Translations under genes and position numbers: made by a program | Source of the DNA: Phoronis australis | Taxonomy: Eukaryota > Animalia > Phoronida | Length of the DNA stretch: 64,000 nt | Direction of reading: 5' to 3' | Assembly (NCBI GenBank): GCA_002633005.1 | Contig: NMRA01000040.1 | Coordinates: 865,805-929,804, forward strand | Part shown: positions 25,832 through 40,009 of the stretch, in pieces | How the letters are laid out: every line of letters begins with the position of its first letter | How positions within the stretch are numbered: the stretch's first letter is position 1 | The notes under the pieces: generated by a model | The model's database searches: none | The model's input: the letters and a program-made list of their open reading frames with translations, nothing else | What the model was told of the DNA's origin: nothing

Positions 25832-26721
25832 CCCATCTTGTCTGTTTTTGCTGAACAATTCTGACTTGCATCTGTTTACTTCCTGTTGTTATTTGAGCTC
25901 CTGTTTGGTGTGTGCTGACTACTGATGGTTGTAAATGCAGTGATTTCATGAAATAAACGGAACAGTTGTGAACCAAAGGTATTGAATATAGGAAAACTGT
26001 TAGTAATTTAAAATTTGGAAGTCACCACAAACTTTGAAACAAATTTCTGGGCAATTATTGTCTGACTTTTATACTCTCTGTGGCGACTACATTACTTGGG
26101 ATTTTTCCCAGGTAGCCCTAGTATTAATTCATTTGTAGCATTACTGGTGAAACTATTTGGTGGGGGTAATTGTAACATGGGTGATCCTGATAACTTGTTT
26201 TCTACTCCATTTTACCATAGATTATAGACACCAGATTTGCAACTCCGATATTCTCTTGCGTAGTATCCTAGAGGAGGCGCCACTCTCCTAAATTACCTAT
26301 TTCAATTTCCGGTTAGTGTATTATGACACGAAAATTCTCGCATCGTTTCCGTCCTCTACTCAACTGTGCAATGAAGAAAGTTTACTTCATTTTTTAAAGA
26401 AAAATGGAACCTGATTGAGGATCAAAAAACAGAAGCTGCTGGTAAGATGTGAATTTTAATGAATCACTCAGAAACTCATAATTCTCTCTTTGCCAAACCT
26501 TAACTTAAGACGATTTCCAAAGCAATCCCGTCATTATTGCGAAAACAAAAAACGGATTTGGTCTTTTGGGCAATTGAAAACTATTTTAAATACAACAAAT
26601 TTGTAACGAACTGATTGCACAAAGTACAAAACATGTAATAAGCATTACAAAAAAGGTTTCGCGCGCAAACGCTGTGGACCATAAACAAATAGGTCTCTTA
26701 GTATCAAAGTAGGAGTTAACT

Positions 26722-26787
26722 CGTGGTGGTGCAGTGGTAAAGCACGCGCGCTCTATACGCCAGGTCACGAGTTCGACTCTGTGATAC
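26722..26787 (+). other. tRNA-like Pol III box A/box B fragment (SINE head or tRNA pseudogene)
   Basis: TGGTGCAGTGG and GAGTTCGACTC at tRNA spacing. No good acceptor stem. Confidence 0.4.
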
Positions 26788-28170
26788 TTGCAATTTTTCC
26801 TGTTTGACACGTTCTCCGTGTTTGTTTTTTGCCTTTTTTCTTGAATAATACTTCAGGAATCAAGGACAATGCTTGATTTTTAGAGGAATAAACAATAATT
26901 TCCTAGGCGGGAGGGGGGGCAAACACCCCTCCCGACCTCCCCCCATTCGGTGCTATGCGCATCTACTATCGTGGTTTTCGCAAATGCTTACAGACAATAA
27001 TGTTGGGCCGCCCCCTTGTAATATCCTAGATCCGCCACTGAAATAACCACTGTTTTGATAGCCAGCTGACATTGTGTTTCACTGGATGAAGCTGAGTGAC
27101 TTGGAAATTGACCTGTAAGTGTTCAGGAGTTTCACTGGGTTAAGAAGTGATTGACATAGCACATGATTTTCTTTTGGCTGTGGTAGCTCATGGCACTGGT
27201 GTCTGAGAAAATTTGCATAAATTTCCAGACCAAATTTATTCAGATATGGAAAAATATCATTTTTTGTGAACTAATACTTGATTTCTGAAGAATGTAAAGC
27301 TGCCTGTTTTTGTGTTGATGTTGTTCTATAATATTGAAATAGTGCTGACTTATTCTGAGGGTGTTCCAGGTGGTCCAAGGGGTCACTATGATGACAAGAA
27401 TTACCACTTTGCTTTTGCATTTTTAAATGATGTAGCCTTACACCACTCTTTGCTATTGTTTTATGAGATTCTAAAGCTATTCATCACTTTGAGAGGCTTG
27501 ATGTAAAATGACCACTGCTCTTTTTATGGTTTTATAAAATAATACCTGTCATGTTGAAGGGGTTCTTGTGCTGTTTTTTTTTGGGGGGGAGGCTGATGAT
27601 GAAATCAGTTCTCAATCTTTTCATGTTTCTTTTTGTAATCGTATATCCTCTTATTAAGAAGCCCTTCTCAGAATAGGTGCCAATAATGGGTCAAGGTCTA
27701 GTGCCTGTTTGGTTTATGAAATAACACACCCTGTCGTGTGATTGTGATGGGGTCCCCTGTCCCATGTGGAAGTCGGAATCAGTTGTGACCCTTCTCTATT
27801 TTTTGCAGTCATAAATCTTTTCCAATTAAGTAGGCCTCCCAATCATAACATCAGCTGCCGCTCTTACAATTTTATTGAAATTGTAGATTCTTTCATCTCT
27901 TGGGGTCCTCACGATGCAATCAACTGCTGTTGTTTTCCTGTTTTTGTGAATTTATACATCCTGTCATGCTATGGTAGGCCCTGTTTTGAGAGGAGGGTCC
28001 CCCATGATGAGATCAATTGTCACTTATAATAGGAACATGGATTCCACAGTGCCTGACTGATTTGCTGCCATGTTGGGTAATCATGCAATTAAAGTGGCAC
28101 TCTTGCAATGAGGAACCATGGTGGTAATTCCCATCTGTGATGAAATTAATGTCTTGTCTTATTTTTCCAG

Positions 28171-28370
28171 TCATGTAGAAAGAATAACCACATGGGAAGA
28201 TCCCAGAATCAAGTCGCTAAGTCAGTCTAATGTTAGCCAAACATCGACGGGGCGGCCTGATATTGGGCCTCTACCTCCGGGATGGGAACAGGCGGTGACG
28301 GCTGCTGGTGAAGTATATTTTATCAATCATGTTGACAGGTCGACGAGCTGGCATGACCCTCGATTGCAAC
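28171..28370 (+). CDS. YAP1: YAP/Yorkie coding exon 2: C-half of WW1 and all of WW2
   Basis: Acceptor TTTTTCCAG|T completes Asn. HVERITTWEDPR...PLPPGWEQAVTAAGEVYFINHVDRSTSWHDPRLQ. Donor C|GTAAG, phase 1. Confidence 0.97.
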
Positions 28371-28907
28371 GTAAGGATGCCAATATTTTACATAATGTAG
28401 TAGTGTTTTTCATTTACTTGGTTTTGTATGAAATTCTCTGTCTCACATGATTCAGTTTTTTTGCTTAAATGTAAAAGGTTGATATGCTTCTGTTGAAAAT
28501 CTCACCAAGAGTATTGCCTTTCAGTGTAAAAGATTTGCCATGCTAACTAAGCCAAAACACTGTCTAGAGTTAAGAACATTCCTGTTAAAAACTTCACTGA
28601 TGTTATACTCTGTTTCTGTTGTTTCTTTCTGAGCATTTTGAGTTTTTGTCGAGTCATTGTTTTGAAATATGTAGCTCCAGGTTTGTTCCCTTGTATGCAT
28701 AATTGCTGCTTTGAATTCTTTTGATCATTGGTAGTACAGATGTACCTGTTTACAATGAGAATTCTACAGGCAACTACTGTGATATTTGATGTTGGATAAT
28801 TGATACATGAATATTAAAAAGTGGTTAATTTAATTGATGATACAACACCAGCAATGCCAAGTGAACATGAAAAAGACATGGCATGAAATGTTACGCCGGT
28901 CCCTGTC

Positions 28908-29366
28908 CAGGCCTTTATCCAGGACTTTGAAAATAGGGTGTCCAAAATGGGATTCCCAATATTCCAGGACGTCTATGATTCCGACGTGTAACCCCCCACC
29001 CCCAGCAATCCCCCCAAACACACGTTGTTTTTACAAAAAATGCAAAGACTAAGGCTTTTACACCTAAGTTTACACAACTGCCTTCTATAGTGAGCATTTT
29101 TACTAAAAAAACTGTAGACCAAGACTTTTACAATGCTATCAACCAAGTGTGAGCATATTGTATATTTTTTCCTGCTTTAAAAAAGAGCCTCCACTGTGAG
29201 CATTCAGAAGCTTCCTAGTATTCATTACAATGTGTGAGTCCAAACTTGAAAGGTTCCTATTGACAGTGGGCGTCCAAATGATCCATTGGGCGTCCTTGCC
29301 AGGGCGTCCAGATTAGTGCTAGGGTGTCCATTTGGATGCCCAGGACATACACTGCATAAAGGCCTG
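28908..29366. mobile_element. hAT-like MITE ending 58 bp upstream of YAP exon 3
   Basis: TIRs CAGGCCTTTATCCAG / CTGCATAAAGGCCTG. Flanks GTCCCTGT(C) / ATCCCTGT resemble an ~8-bp TSD. Confidence 0.75.
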
Positions 29367-29424
29367 ATCCCTGTATTTTCTAGTGTATGACGTACCGTCC
29401 CTATACACATTACCCCTGTTGCAG

Positions 29425-29624
29425 GTATGCATCAGTTACAACAACAGCAACAGCCCCCTGCACAACAGCAGCAACAACAGCATGCAGTACTCCAGCAGTC
29501 TCAACAGAGGGCAGCCACATTGCCATCCATGTCAGCTGCTGAACGACACCGTCAATTGCAGCTACAGCAGCTCCATCTGGAGAAGGAGAAGTTGAAGCAG
29601 CGACAAGAAGAGCTTGCCAGACAG
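29425..29624 (+). CDS. YAP1: YAP/Yorkie coding exon 3: Gln-rich region and coiled coil
   Basis: Acceptor TGTTGCAG|GT matches phase 1. QLQLQQLHLEKEKLKQRQEELARQ resembles the human YAP coiled coil ([20 protein letters not shown]). Donor CAG|GTTAGT, phase 0. Confidence 0.93.
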
Positions 29625-29914
29625 GTTAGTCAAAATGGCTATTGTCTAGGTAATTAAAACTATGCCTAATTATTTGGTCATTAACGTTGATGCTTATGAG
29701 TTAATAATAACCATGACTTTCCATAGAAGTGCCAGTGATTCTCTTTTGAGAGTTTCGTTTTCTTAACCTGATAATTCTGCTTCTTTGTCATTGTTATTGT
29801 TTTGCTGGGAAATACTTTGACCATAGCTCTATGCAGATGTGTGTGCTGAGTGTTTCCAATTAGTTTTGTTGGGATAAAACTTCATTTGTTGAGTTTGGAG
29901 ATCATTAAATTTAA

Positions 29915-32900
29915 AGGAGAATGCCACCCGATTTAATTAGTCTTGTTTACCGTCTTAATCGGTCTGTATCCAAAATATATAGACGCTGAGGTTGGCCAGT
30001 AGTGAAATATGACAAATAAACACAGAAAAATCAGGAACCCCAACTGGTGTGTATCCACATCACCTCGCATACGGTCAATCTTACCTGGCAGAGAGGTGTC
30101 GCGTTAACCTGTGAGGAAGGTGAGAAACGACGCAGCGACATCGGTGGTTCTTCTGCAAAGTGAGTGCCGCTATGATGTGTGTCGTTCCCGCTTGTGCGAA
30201 CCACGAAGCTGCGAGGAGAGCAGGTATATCGTTTTTCGATTTCCTTGAGAGGCCATAAAGCTTCGGAAGTGGCTCGCGGTAGTGAAGATTGAAAACTACG
30301 CGGTTAATGCCAAGTATGAGGCCATGAAACTTCTCCTTGAATGTCAGTGGCCTGCATTTTGTCAGATTGGTTGTTGATCAGCTTTTGATTATGGAGAATT
30401 GTAGTTGGCCATGAAAAAATTACATTCAAGGCGTGAGAACATAACGTTTTGTATAACCTGTTTGATGACTGACTCGTTCGTGAGGCTTCTGTTTGGCCCT
30501 CTGGGTTTTGTTTTTTTTTTTGCCAGTTCTTTTTCTCAGCCCTGAAAAACGTCGTAAAATGCTGTTTAGATGCTGCGGTGCAAAATCATAGTCCGTGAGA
30601 CACATCTGCGCTTCTCCAAGAAGGCATTCGTTTCACTTGCGGAATTTCGTGGCAACAAACGCAAGCGTCAGTCGTTTCCATTATCGCGCAGTTAGCTCAC
30701 TGACACCATGACAAGCCATTCAAACAGTTTTCGGAAGTTTCCATATGTTCCATTGTCTGTGCACGTTCACTGAGCCTCTCTATTATTTCTTGATCAGTGT
30801 ATTCCTGTGAAACCTAACGATCGACCTGTGAAGTCTTCGTTGGCGTTGGAGGAGCACTCGTGTAAGTTGAGATTGCGAGTTGCCACATTTATGTTTATTA
30901 TTGTGGGTTCTGTTTCAAAATGAATCATTCTCACCCTAACCAATGCTTATATAAAACTGAAACAAAGTCTGTCTCACTTGGAGTGTTCGTGAGTGCAAAT
31001 GTTATGAGAAGTCAGCAATGAATAAATCCCTGCTTTCCGGTTTTAGATGCAATTAACCAATTGACCGGGCACCGAGGCCGTGTGAGCATATGCTAATTCA
31101 GTGTTTGCTGACAGAATGCTGTTGTGAAACAATAACTCGACTTTATATCTTATGGTCAGATTTGGCTGGTTTATGTTCGTGATGTCTTCTCTCCAGCCAT
31201 GATGGGCCTGATCGGATTCTGAGCCACTGGCCAGGATAGCAAGCATTATATGTGTTTAGAACTGAAAAATATGACAACACACTGCTGTATTCTCCTTCTG
31301 TATTTCATGGAAGAGTAATTTGAATTTATCACCAAACAGACCCCAAACTCTCGATACTGATCTTGGTAAATTGGTTTACCGAACTTTGGAGGCTACGGTA
31401 GGTTCAAATACCAAAAAATCCGTAACAGCGAAATAAAATAACACATTTGTTCAATAACTCAATGTATTTGTAAGGGTTTTACATCAAATTTTGATGATTC
31501 ATTGGTTTAAAACAATGAATTTAAAAGGGGACTGTAGTCAAAATAATGTTGCAGTTAATCGGTTCTAACATACAAATAAAACTCACATTTGCCTGACTTG
31601 CGTGCCAAACAAAAGCCAATTCGAATTCATGGTCAAAACACTGAATTCTGAAAGCGATCGCTGATTGACTGATGTGTCAGTGACGTGAACGGCGGGGTAT
31701 CGGCTGCTTTACACATTCATTGCTTATGTCATATTTGAAGAGTTTACATCGTAATTTATCATTGTATCAATCGTCCTTATATTTTGTTGTTTGCCACAGG
31801 GCTGTAAAAGGTTCGCTATGCCTTTTTGTATGGCTCCTGGTTGCTCAAACTCTTCGAAAAAGGCGTCTTCTAAAGGGATGGTCATCACATACCATCGCCG
31901 GATTACCCAAGCCTTGGCCCAAAGCTCAGTGTAGATATAGGCCTACAGGTTAAGCCGATATGGGTAAAAAATGTACAAGTAAAATCTGACTCAAATAAAT
32001 GTCATTAAAACTAAGTCATCCTTGAGTAAACCTAGGAACCAGGTTCCTAGAGTAAACTAACTTCTATATTTACGGGTGTTGGAAATGTTAGCGATCGTTC
32101 ATCGGCTGCTGATGTGTTGGCGCGTGCGCCGTGCCACGAGCTTGCTGTTCTTGAAATGGACTACACACTTCTATGTTAAAAAGGCAGCAAATTATGCTAC
32201 CAAATGACGTTTATTTGATTGTTTTCCACTTAAACGGCTGCAACGAACAATGGGAGTGTCGGGTGACTATACTAGATTTTGCATGCGCCCCNGAAACAAA
32301 GTCTGTCTCACTTGGAGTGTTCGTGAGTGCAAATGTTATGAGAAGTCAGCAATGAATAAATCCCTGCTTTCCGGTTTTAGATGCAATTAACCAATTGACC
32401 GGGCACCGAGGCCGTGTGAGCATATGCTAATTCAGTGTTTGCTGACAGAAAGCTGTTGTGAAACAATAACTCGACTTTATATCTTATGCTGCTGTATTCT
32501 CCTTCTGTATTTCATGGAAGAGTAATTTGAATTTATCACCAAACAGACCCCAAACTCTCGATACTGGTCTTGGTAAATTGGTTTACCGAACTTTGGAGGC
32601 TACGGTACGTTCAAATACCAAAAAATCCGTAACAGCGAAATAAAATAACACATTTGTTCAATAACTCAATGTATTTGTAAAGGTTTTACATCAAATTTTG
32701 ATGATTCATTGGTTTAAAACAATGAATTTAAGCTGACACCAGTATGTGTGATCTGAACTGCTAAACAGACAGCATGCGAACCTCTGATGTCATTGGTTAA
32801 TTTCAACACCTCCGTCTGCCGTCAGGTGTCAGGTAAAATAGCTGTGCTTGCTGCTATCGAGTGGAACTTCTCAATCTAAATTGATACAAAATAGGTTGTT

Positions 32901-32919
32901 TTTTGGGTGGCATTCTCCT
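29915..32919 (+). mobile_element. Non-autonomous Kolobok-type DNA transposon with THAP-domain remnant
   Basis: TTAA|AGGAGAATGCCACCC ... GGGTGGCATTCTCCT|TTAA. Frameshifted CVVPAC..GISF..RFP..LRKWLAVV..LHFV at ~30172-30365. Second copy at 54844-57709. Confidence 0.85.
31525..32291. mobile_element. Second TTAA-targeting element nested in the Kolobok, truncated at an assembly gap
   Basis: Starts TTAA|AAGGGGACTGTAGTC. The duplicate segment after N32292 shows the empty site GAATTTAAGCTGAC. Confidence 0.55.
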
Positions 32920-35900
32920 TTAAATATGGCGGAAATTTTAGTCTTCTGTTGTGACTGGTGCTATTTCAGGGGTAATGTCTCTTCCAGTTTTATCGGTACA
33001 TAGCACCCAATTCCAAAATGGCTCTACAGGATTTATTACTTGGCGAAATAGAATTCGCCAAGTATGTTAATATATCATGAAGTTTTCTTACTTGCCTGCT
33101 ATAGGTCATATTTCTTGTTCAATTCACATGAAATCTGTACATAATTGTAAGTCATCAAAAGCGTGATGAATGTCTTGGTTTTTGGTTGAAATTGAACTCA
33201 AGATGGTGCTATCATGGCCATTATAAACATTTTTGATCAGTGCAGCCAAAGCTTGCTACCCTTGAAGTATTTTTCGGAAATTTCTTATGTAGATAAATCT
33301 CATCAAGTGTTACAAGTTACCAACTTTTGTTACACCTTACCATTGTAGAGTTTTTGGTATTTTCTCGTGACTGCTCTTTTGATTTATTGACTGGTTTTAC
33401 CTCGCTGCACTTGGCCACCTACTTTACATGCCTGTGTGTCTTAGTTTTGTTGATATCAGTCATCTGCGTCGATGTTCATTCATAATCATCGCTGTCATTT
33501 CCATTCAGTTCCGACACTGCCATGTGCCTTAGGCTTGCTACAGCCCTCTTCGGCTACATTTCTTGTCGTGACATGAAATTTGCTTGCAATATCTCATCAA
33601 TAGCTCGAGGCCTATTGGTTGAAATTAGACTCAAGGTGGGGCTGTGAAGTCTTTTCCCTTGGCATCTCGACTGCGCCAAAAGTCACTCTCTCGAGAACTT
33701 TCATTGGCATTTAAACCATGTGGTCTATTTGGTGGTGAACACTGTTTTTGCTCGTTGTGGGTCTGTTTACTGCTCTACTTCAAATAATCATTTAGTAGAG
33801 TAGTGGCTTCAGTTTTTGCCCTTTTCTGGCATTGTTTGTGGAAGTCTACATTTTTAAAACATTGTTCCTTTTCTGGAAACTTCTACCTTTGAAAATCTGA
33901 TTAGCACTTCCTTATCTATTTCCACAGTTAACAGTGTCTTCAGGAACGTGACCAAATCCTGTGAAAATTGGTTTATAATGCATTTCAGTAACCGTTACCT
34001 TTCTTATTAGTACTGATGGTCAACTGGACGAGGAAGGTGCTCAATTGAAACTGAACTGAGCCTTTTATCATGGGATATGGTTTTTTGATATGTCTGCCTA
34101 ATAGACATACACACTACCAAAGTTTCAGTTTGAACTGGCATGCCCTGTAAAAGAGCTCTGAGCATGCCGTGATCAAATATCAATTTTTTGAGTAACCTTG
34201 GCATTAGAACACCCTGTATGGAGACTTGCGGGCCCGCTTTGTGCATAAACAAGGCTCTGTTTTGAATGTTGCTGTAACAGGACTCCCAAAGTGGCAGAAG
34301 TCAAATTGACAAAAACATAATATTGTTTCCACTTGGCACAGAACACTCATCGATTCATTTGTGAAGAGATCAGTCAAAATGTATTGTTTAATAGGTTATC
34401 CTTTGTGTTCATTTCATTGAATACCATGGCCATCTCAGAATTTGGAACACATATGTGAAACAACTTTGTCATCCTGACAATATCATAGACTGTTCACCAA
34501 TAAACTTTAATCCTAAAGACAAATACAGATATGACAGGCATGAGTACTGTTGCCCATTATGACACCTATATAGTCTTATAAATAATTTTTTTCATCAAAC
34601 ACAAGAATTTGTTGCAGTGAATGACTGATAAAAGCTGTAATCTGTAAAATAGTCGTATCTGCTATTGGTGCCTTCTGGTGCTGTGTGCAACTTATGAGTG
34701 AAGGTCCTAAGTGGTCATTTCATGCTGTCTGCTTCAGTGACACACATATGTCAAGCTGGCAGCCAGTTCTATGTATTGATGTTTGCTTAACTGGCTTTTG
34801 ACTGATTTATTATTGAACTGTTTAACAATGAATCAAATACTTCCAATAGCACTGACTGGCCCTTGTCTAAATGTATGACAGCTGATGGATCCCTGTAAGT
34901 GTACCCTGGGACCTGTACTCAAACTGGGTTGTTGTAGACCAACTTTTTCTGAACCTACTGACCCTTTTGTCATTTTTATCCGTCAAAAAGCATTAAAAGA
35001 TTAGAACTCAACATTCTTCTAACAGAACAGACTGAACCACCTTGGTTATTGATTTTGTCCTGTGTCTGCTGGTGTGAGGCATGTTTTCTCAGACAACTTA
35101 GACTGTGTGTTTAATAAAAACAACAGACTTTAATGCCATGCTCAGTGAGTGAGGATTTGAAGGGGCTACTTGTTTGGTTGTGTTTAGCTCTACAGTATCA
35201 ACAAACACCATTGAATTCTTTCTCCTCATTAAATTAGACAAGGCCCAGCCAGTCAGTGGATCTTTTCTTAGGAGTTACAGGTGACAATGTCAGACTTGTT
35301 GTTAATAATGGCATTATTATTCATAATCATTATCAAAACCTCTCTTATGATCAAAGCCTACCCTGAGATATTTATTTTCAGTGACCATGGAAGTTGTGTG
35401 TTTGTGACTATTCTTTGTCCTTGTTCATGGCTTGCTGAAATTGCATTGTACTGATTCCCAATTTTGCTGTTGAAAAGAAATTGCTATGGATAAAGTCTCC
35501 TTTTTACAAAGTCTTAGTGCAGTGCATTTCATGTCTGTCAGCAAAAATTGAATATTATCCTGTAACAAATTCTTTGAAACCTCACAAGTTACAACATTGC
35601 TGCCCAGTACATTCTCACATTTGTAACCAGACCCTCGAGGGTACCCCTTTGAGTTATCTTTCGTACGGGGTGTGACAGAAATGCCAATTGGGGGACTTTT
35701 ATAGCATCATTTAATACAAATGAATGCATGAATGTGGCATTTTTCATATCATAGGACGAAAGCTAATTGTCAATATGGTCTGTAAAAAGGCAACATCTTT
35801 TGGTGGAATTGCAAAAGTTTTATTTCTATAGATGTGCTGTTTGTGACTCATTTTGAGGGATTTCATTTAAGGCACTAGTGTTATTTTTGATATACTTAGT

Positions 35901-36613
35901 GGGACAATTGTTCACTTATAAATAACCAACAATGTTGCATAATTTACAGAGGGACGTGTTAACAATGTGACACTTGTGCACACCAGAATTGATTACAGTT
36001 CAAGTGGATTGTTACATGCTTTTTGGTGCGATTTGCATCATAAAAAAATTGAAAACAGGCTTCAGTGGGCTAAGTTAAATCTCGCCTCCTAAAAAGCAAA
36101 TTATAAATCGGATTACACGTACACAAGTTGTCTGTAATGTCATCGGATATTAACGAGCGGACAAGTGGCCCACAATGCATTTGGAAACTGTCAGAGAAGT
36201 GCCGTAGATGAAATTCACCGATTTGTAGAAAACCTCCTCCTGACTGACTCAGGTGAATTTTACCCAGACTTCTCTCTTCTCTTCAGTATTTGGACCTTCA
36301 GCGCAAAGAAGGCACTCCCCAAGTTCAGGTATGATAATTTTACTGCCCTGGGTGAATGGTGAATATTCAGTTAACATGCATCATCCACATTGCACACCTT
36401 CCACTTGCCTCGGTGCTATTGTCTCTCATGCCATTCTTTTGCATGAGCCATGGCTTAGGCATAGTGCCATGCTCTAATACTCTACACTTCTGATGACTCT
36501 CGCAGTGTAGCTAGGAAATAGTGGTGAATCCCTGAATTCAGGTGTATTTGCATGACTTACGAAAACAGCTGAGAAGTCTGGGTTTAATGTCATCCTGTGG
36601 TATTGTCAGATTN

Positions 36614-37355
36614 GACTATCTGACTGTTATTTTTTGGTGTAAGGATGTGTAAGCATTCACTGTCAGTGGTTATTTTATCGGATATTTGGCTTAAAAACTC
36701 CTATTATAGTTAATCAAACAATTCATTTTAAAAATAATGCAAACATTTTTTATTGTATGAGAAACTGTCTGAAATTAGATCCAATATTCATTTCTTGCCG
36801 ATGCTATGCTACTCGTTTCATGAATGGATAGTTCCCGACTAATGTCTTTGATGACAGGTTCATGTATGTAGCGCGTGCTTCCTGGCCACGTGCTGTTAAC
36901 ACTGGCCAAGCTTTTTATCAGTCTTCGATTCGCGGTTTTCACATGTAGGCCTACAAAGAAATATGGATTGCTGTTGAAAGCAGGAAATATCTACAAAGCA
37001 ATTCCGTAGACAAGTACACTGCTTCTGTTCTGAAAGGCCAGACCATTGGTCCTCGCAATATCAGCAGAACTTTTGTGTTCGTTTTGAGGCATGGCGGAAG
37101 TTTGAAGTGTATAGTCACGGCTAAATACCGACATAAGGGCGTGGCTCGTGGTCTACAAATTCTACGCACAATGATTTTTTTCAGGACTGTCGGATATTAT
37201 TGATAAATTGAAGACGTTACTGTAGAATTTTAGGACTGTAGGTAAGGCATTTTTTGCACGTACACGTTCATGGACTGGGCGCTTATTTTAGGAAAGTCTG
37301 AAAACGCGTGGGGGTGCGCTTATAGGGGCATGGGCGGTTATTACGGCGAATACGG
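36614..37355 (+). mobile_element. CCGTA-TIR pogo/mariner-like non-autonomous element (partial) with HIRAN-like remnant
   Basis: Right TIR GGGCGGTTATTACGGCGAATACGG|TA. Reverse-complement match to 48799-49520. SSIRGFH..YKEIW..VDKY..SVLKGQTIG..RHGGSLKCIVT at ~36920-37185. Begins near the NN gap. Confidence 0.8.
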
Positions 37356-39179
37356 TAATGTGGTAAATAGCTTCAAATGACTTTAGTGATCCGTCATCAT
37401 TCAACCAATTCTGACCATAATATTTATCATGCAAAGTCCTAATCTCTTAAAAGATACTACCCCTACGGTAATTCCTTTGTTAATTTTGAGTCACTTGATT
37501 TACCACTACTAGTACACCCTCTGCTTAAACTAGCAAACATGTATCACTTACTACAGTTAATATACCTTTAATTACGGCACTGAGACATAGGGTGCATTCC
37601 ATAGATGCAAGAATCTCACAAAAAATATAAGACCTGGGACGTGAGGTGTTGCCATGAATTGTAAGCGAAGCATCTGACCACACTAGTTATGCTTACAAGT
37701 TTCTTGCATCTACGTAACACAACCCTGTGGTTCTATTCTGTTAGACACATGTTGTTTGTTGTTGACTAAGTGCTTCTTTTGACCATAAATATCGTTTGAT
37801 GATCTGTGTACTATAGTAACAATCTCTGCAGAGACTTGAAGCAGAATCGATGTTTTAATGATCAGCATCCTAAGCTAATTCTGTGTCCAGGTTGACAGGT
37901 TTTGAACTTCACTGCTGTTTTTCATATTCCTTTTCTGTTGTGCTCTGACAAGCAAATTTTCAACTTATCGTATAAGTTTTGTAAAAAAGTGGTTTTTGTT
38001 GCTGTTATGCTGAACTTAGGATTTGTACAAGGGTGGTCTGCTGGCACTGTGTTGATTCTGAAACTAGCTTTTCATACTTGGCTAGTTTCCAGTGATGGCT
38101 TTGAACATCTCTCTAGTCTTGCTATTAGAGATCTTTTTGCTGAACAGTTATTTTTAGTGAGTGGTCTCTGCAAACTATTTTTGGTTGCTCCTGTTTTTCA
38201 TGTGGTATTTTTAGCCCAGAGTAACTCTTGTTGTGTGCACTGACCATTGTTTTACATAAGTACTGGTGGTGAACCAGATCAACACATGCTGTATATCTCA
38301 ATGCTGGCAACAGAATCATTGGCTACAGCAGGAGGTTATTCACCCCTGACAGCCATTACCTTGGCCCAGTTTAACTGAAATAATAATGTGTTTGCTTCTC
38401 ACACCTTTTGTGTTAGGTCACTTGTGTCAATGACTTGGTTCTCTGTTGGGAACTGTCAAGAGCACTTCAGAGTTATCATTTAGTACTGACCTCTAGTCAC
38501 AAGCTCAGACACCATATATAGGTGGCTGCCAGCGTTTGCTTTCTCTTCCTTTTTTACCGTGGATTGTCTGGAAAAACACTTAGTGCATGGGCTTTGCCAC
38601 AGCTGAGGCTGTTTTTTTGTTCTCAGGCATTTCATATTAAGTTTGTTTTCTTGTTGATTTGTTTTCTCCCACCAATCTGTGTTGGCCAGATAGAAGTTGA
38701 AAAATCTATTTGTGATTGCATGACTCAGGGAGATGATAAGATGGCTTGCACATTATTTCTGGGATTGTTCATGGAAAGTGGTGCATGTGTGTTCCATTCT
38801 CTGTCTTAGATCTTTTGTAAGCAGACTAAATTTGAACTCTTGACCCATCATTTATGACCTGGTGGCCTTTGGCAACCAGTGCTTGTCTTTCTCATAATTT
38901 AGGTTAAACAAACAACTTTTTGCCCTTAATTCTGTGTTGTTTTCCCTGGTTGTTTCGAAACTGTGCTTAAAAACTTTTTGAAAGACATTCCAACTGTACT
39001 CTGTATTAGGCTATAGTAACTTAGAGGGATCCCTGGATTTTAAGAAGTAGCTTGATGTCTGTTATTCGGTGTTGAAAACTGGTTTTCAAAATGCTGTGAG
39101 ACCCCTGTGACTATAATGTAGTAGTAAGTAAAATGTCACATCTTCAGGGTTCTCACCATATTATGAGTTCTTAGTGTGA

Positions 39180-39547
39180 CCGTATTCGCCCTAATAAGTG
39201 CCCAAGAAACTAATAGAAAAATTTGTTTTAGGGGGAGGCCGTTGAAACCTGGTCTCTGAAACGGGTGAAATTGTAAGCTAGGATTCATCAAAATTATGCC
39301 CTGTGACATATCTGTAAACTATGACAGACTTTTTACAAAACTGTGGTGCATTGTTATCAAAGTTCATTGTTAAATTACGATCACTTTTCAGAAAATTGTG
39401 CTGAAATCCCAGGGCGAAAACTCGCCGACTGATGCGTAGCTGCCCCAGAATCATCGATAGGTCAACTTGAATTATTGAATTGAAATACAGTTTCGAATCA
39501 ACAAATGTCCCGTAGTCCTCCTTAAGTTTTCAAAATAGCGTCCCTAA
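39180..39547 (+). mobile_element. Left end of a CCGTA-family element, interrupted by a Harbinger insertion
   Basis: CCGTATTCGCCCTAATAAG start. Reverse-complement match to ~49920-50294 up to TAGCGTCCCTAA. Confidence 0.7.
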
Positions 39548-40009
39548 AGCCCATGTCACACCAGAGACGTGGTGCCACTATGGATTTTGGTCAAAACCGT
39601 CATCACCGTTGTGACACCACCAGTAGTAATTCATAGTTTTCCCCTACCAGTCACACATGTGTTTTCTTCACGGTGCTACTAAGGAACCAGGGCGGAATCA
39701 TGGCGGTGTCACTGAGGACATGGCAATCCCATTGAGTTACCAATGCAGATTGATGGCGGTGCCACAATGATCATTGGTGGCAGGACTGCGGTGTTGGCGG
39801 CAGCACTGCGGGGCCAGTGGGGTGCCACTGCGGGGATGACGTAACTACTGTGGGGGTGCTTCGGCAGCAGGGCGGCTCCATGACTTCTGCGCGGCGGCTA
39901 CATATGGGAGGTGGTTTTCAGTCGAATTCATTACCATTTTTGCTCTTGCTGAGACGTTGTTACTCTTATTACTGTTATTACTGTGCAAGAAGACACCTAC
40001 TCCAACACC

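Noticed and set aside
25173-25976. Cys-rich and His-rich repetitive ORFs (metallothionein-like appearance)
   Set aside because: They are translations of the 36-bp minisatellite in several frames on both strands, within a YAP intron.
26722-26787. Functional tRNA gene
   Set aside because: A and B boxes are present but the acceptor and anticodon stems do not pair convincingly.
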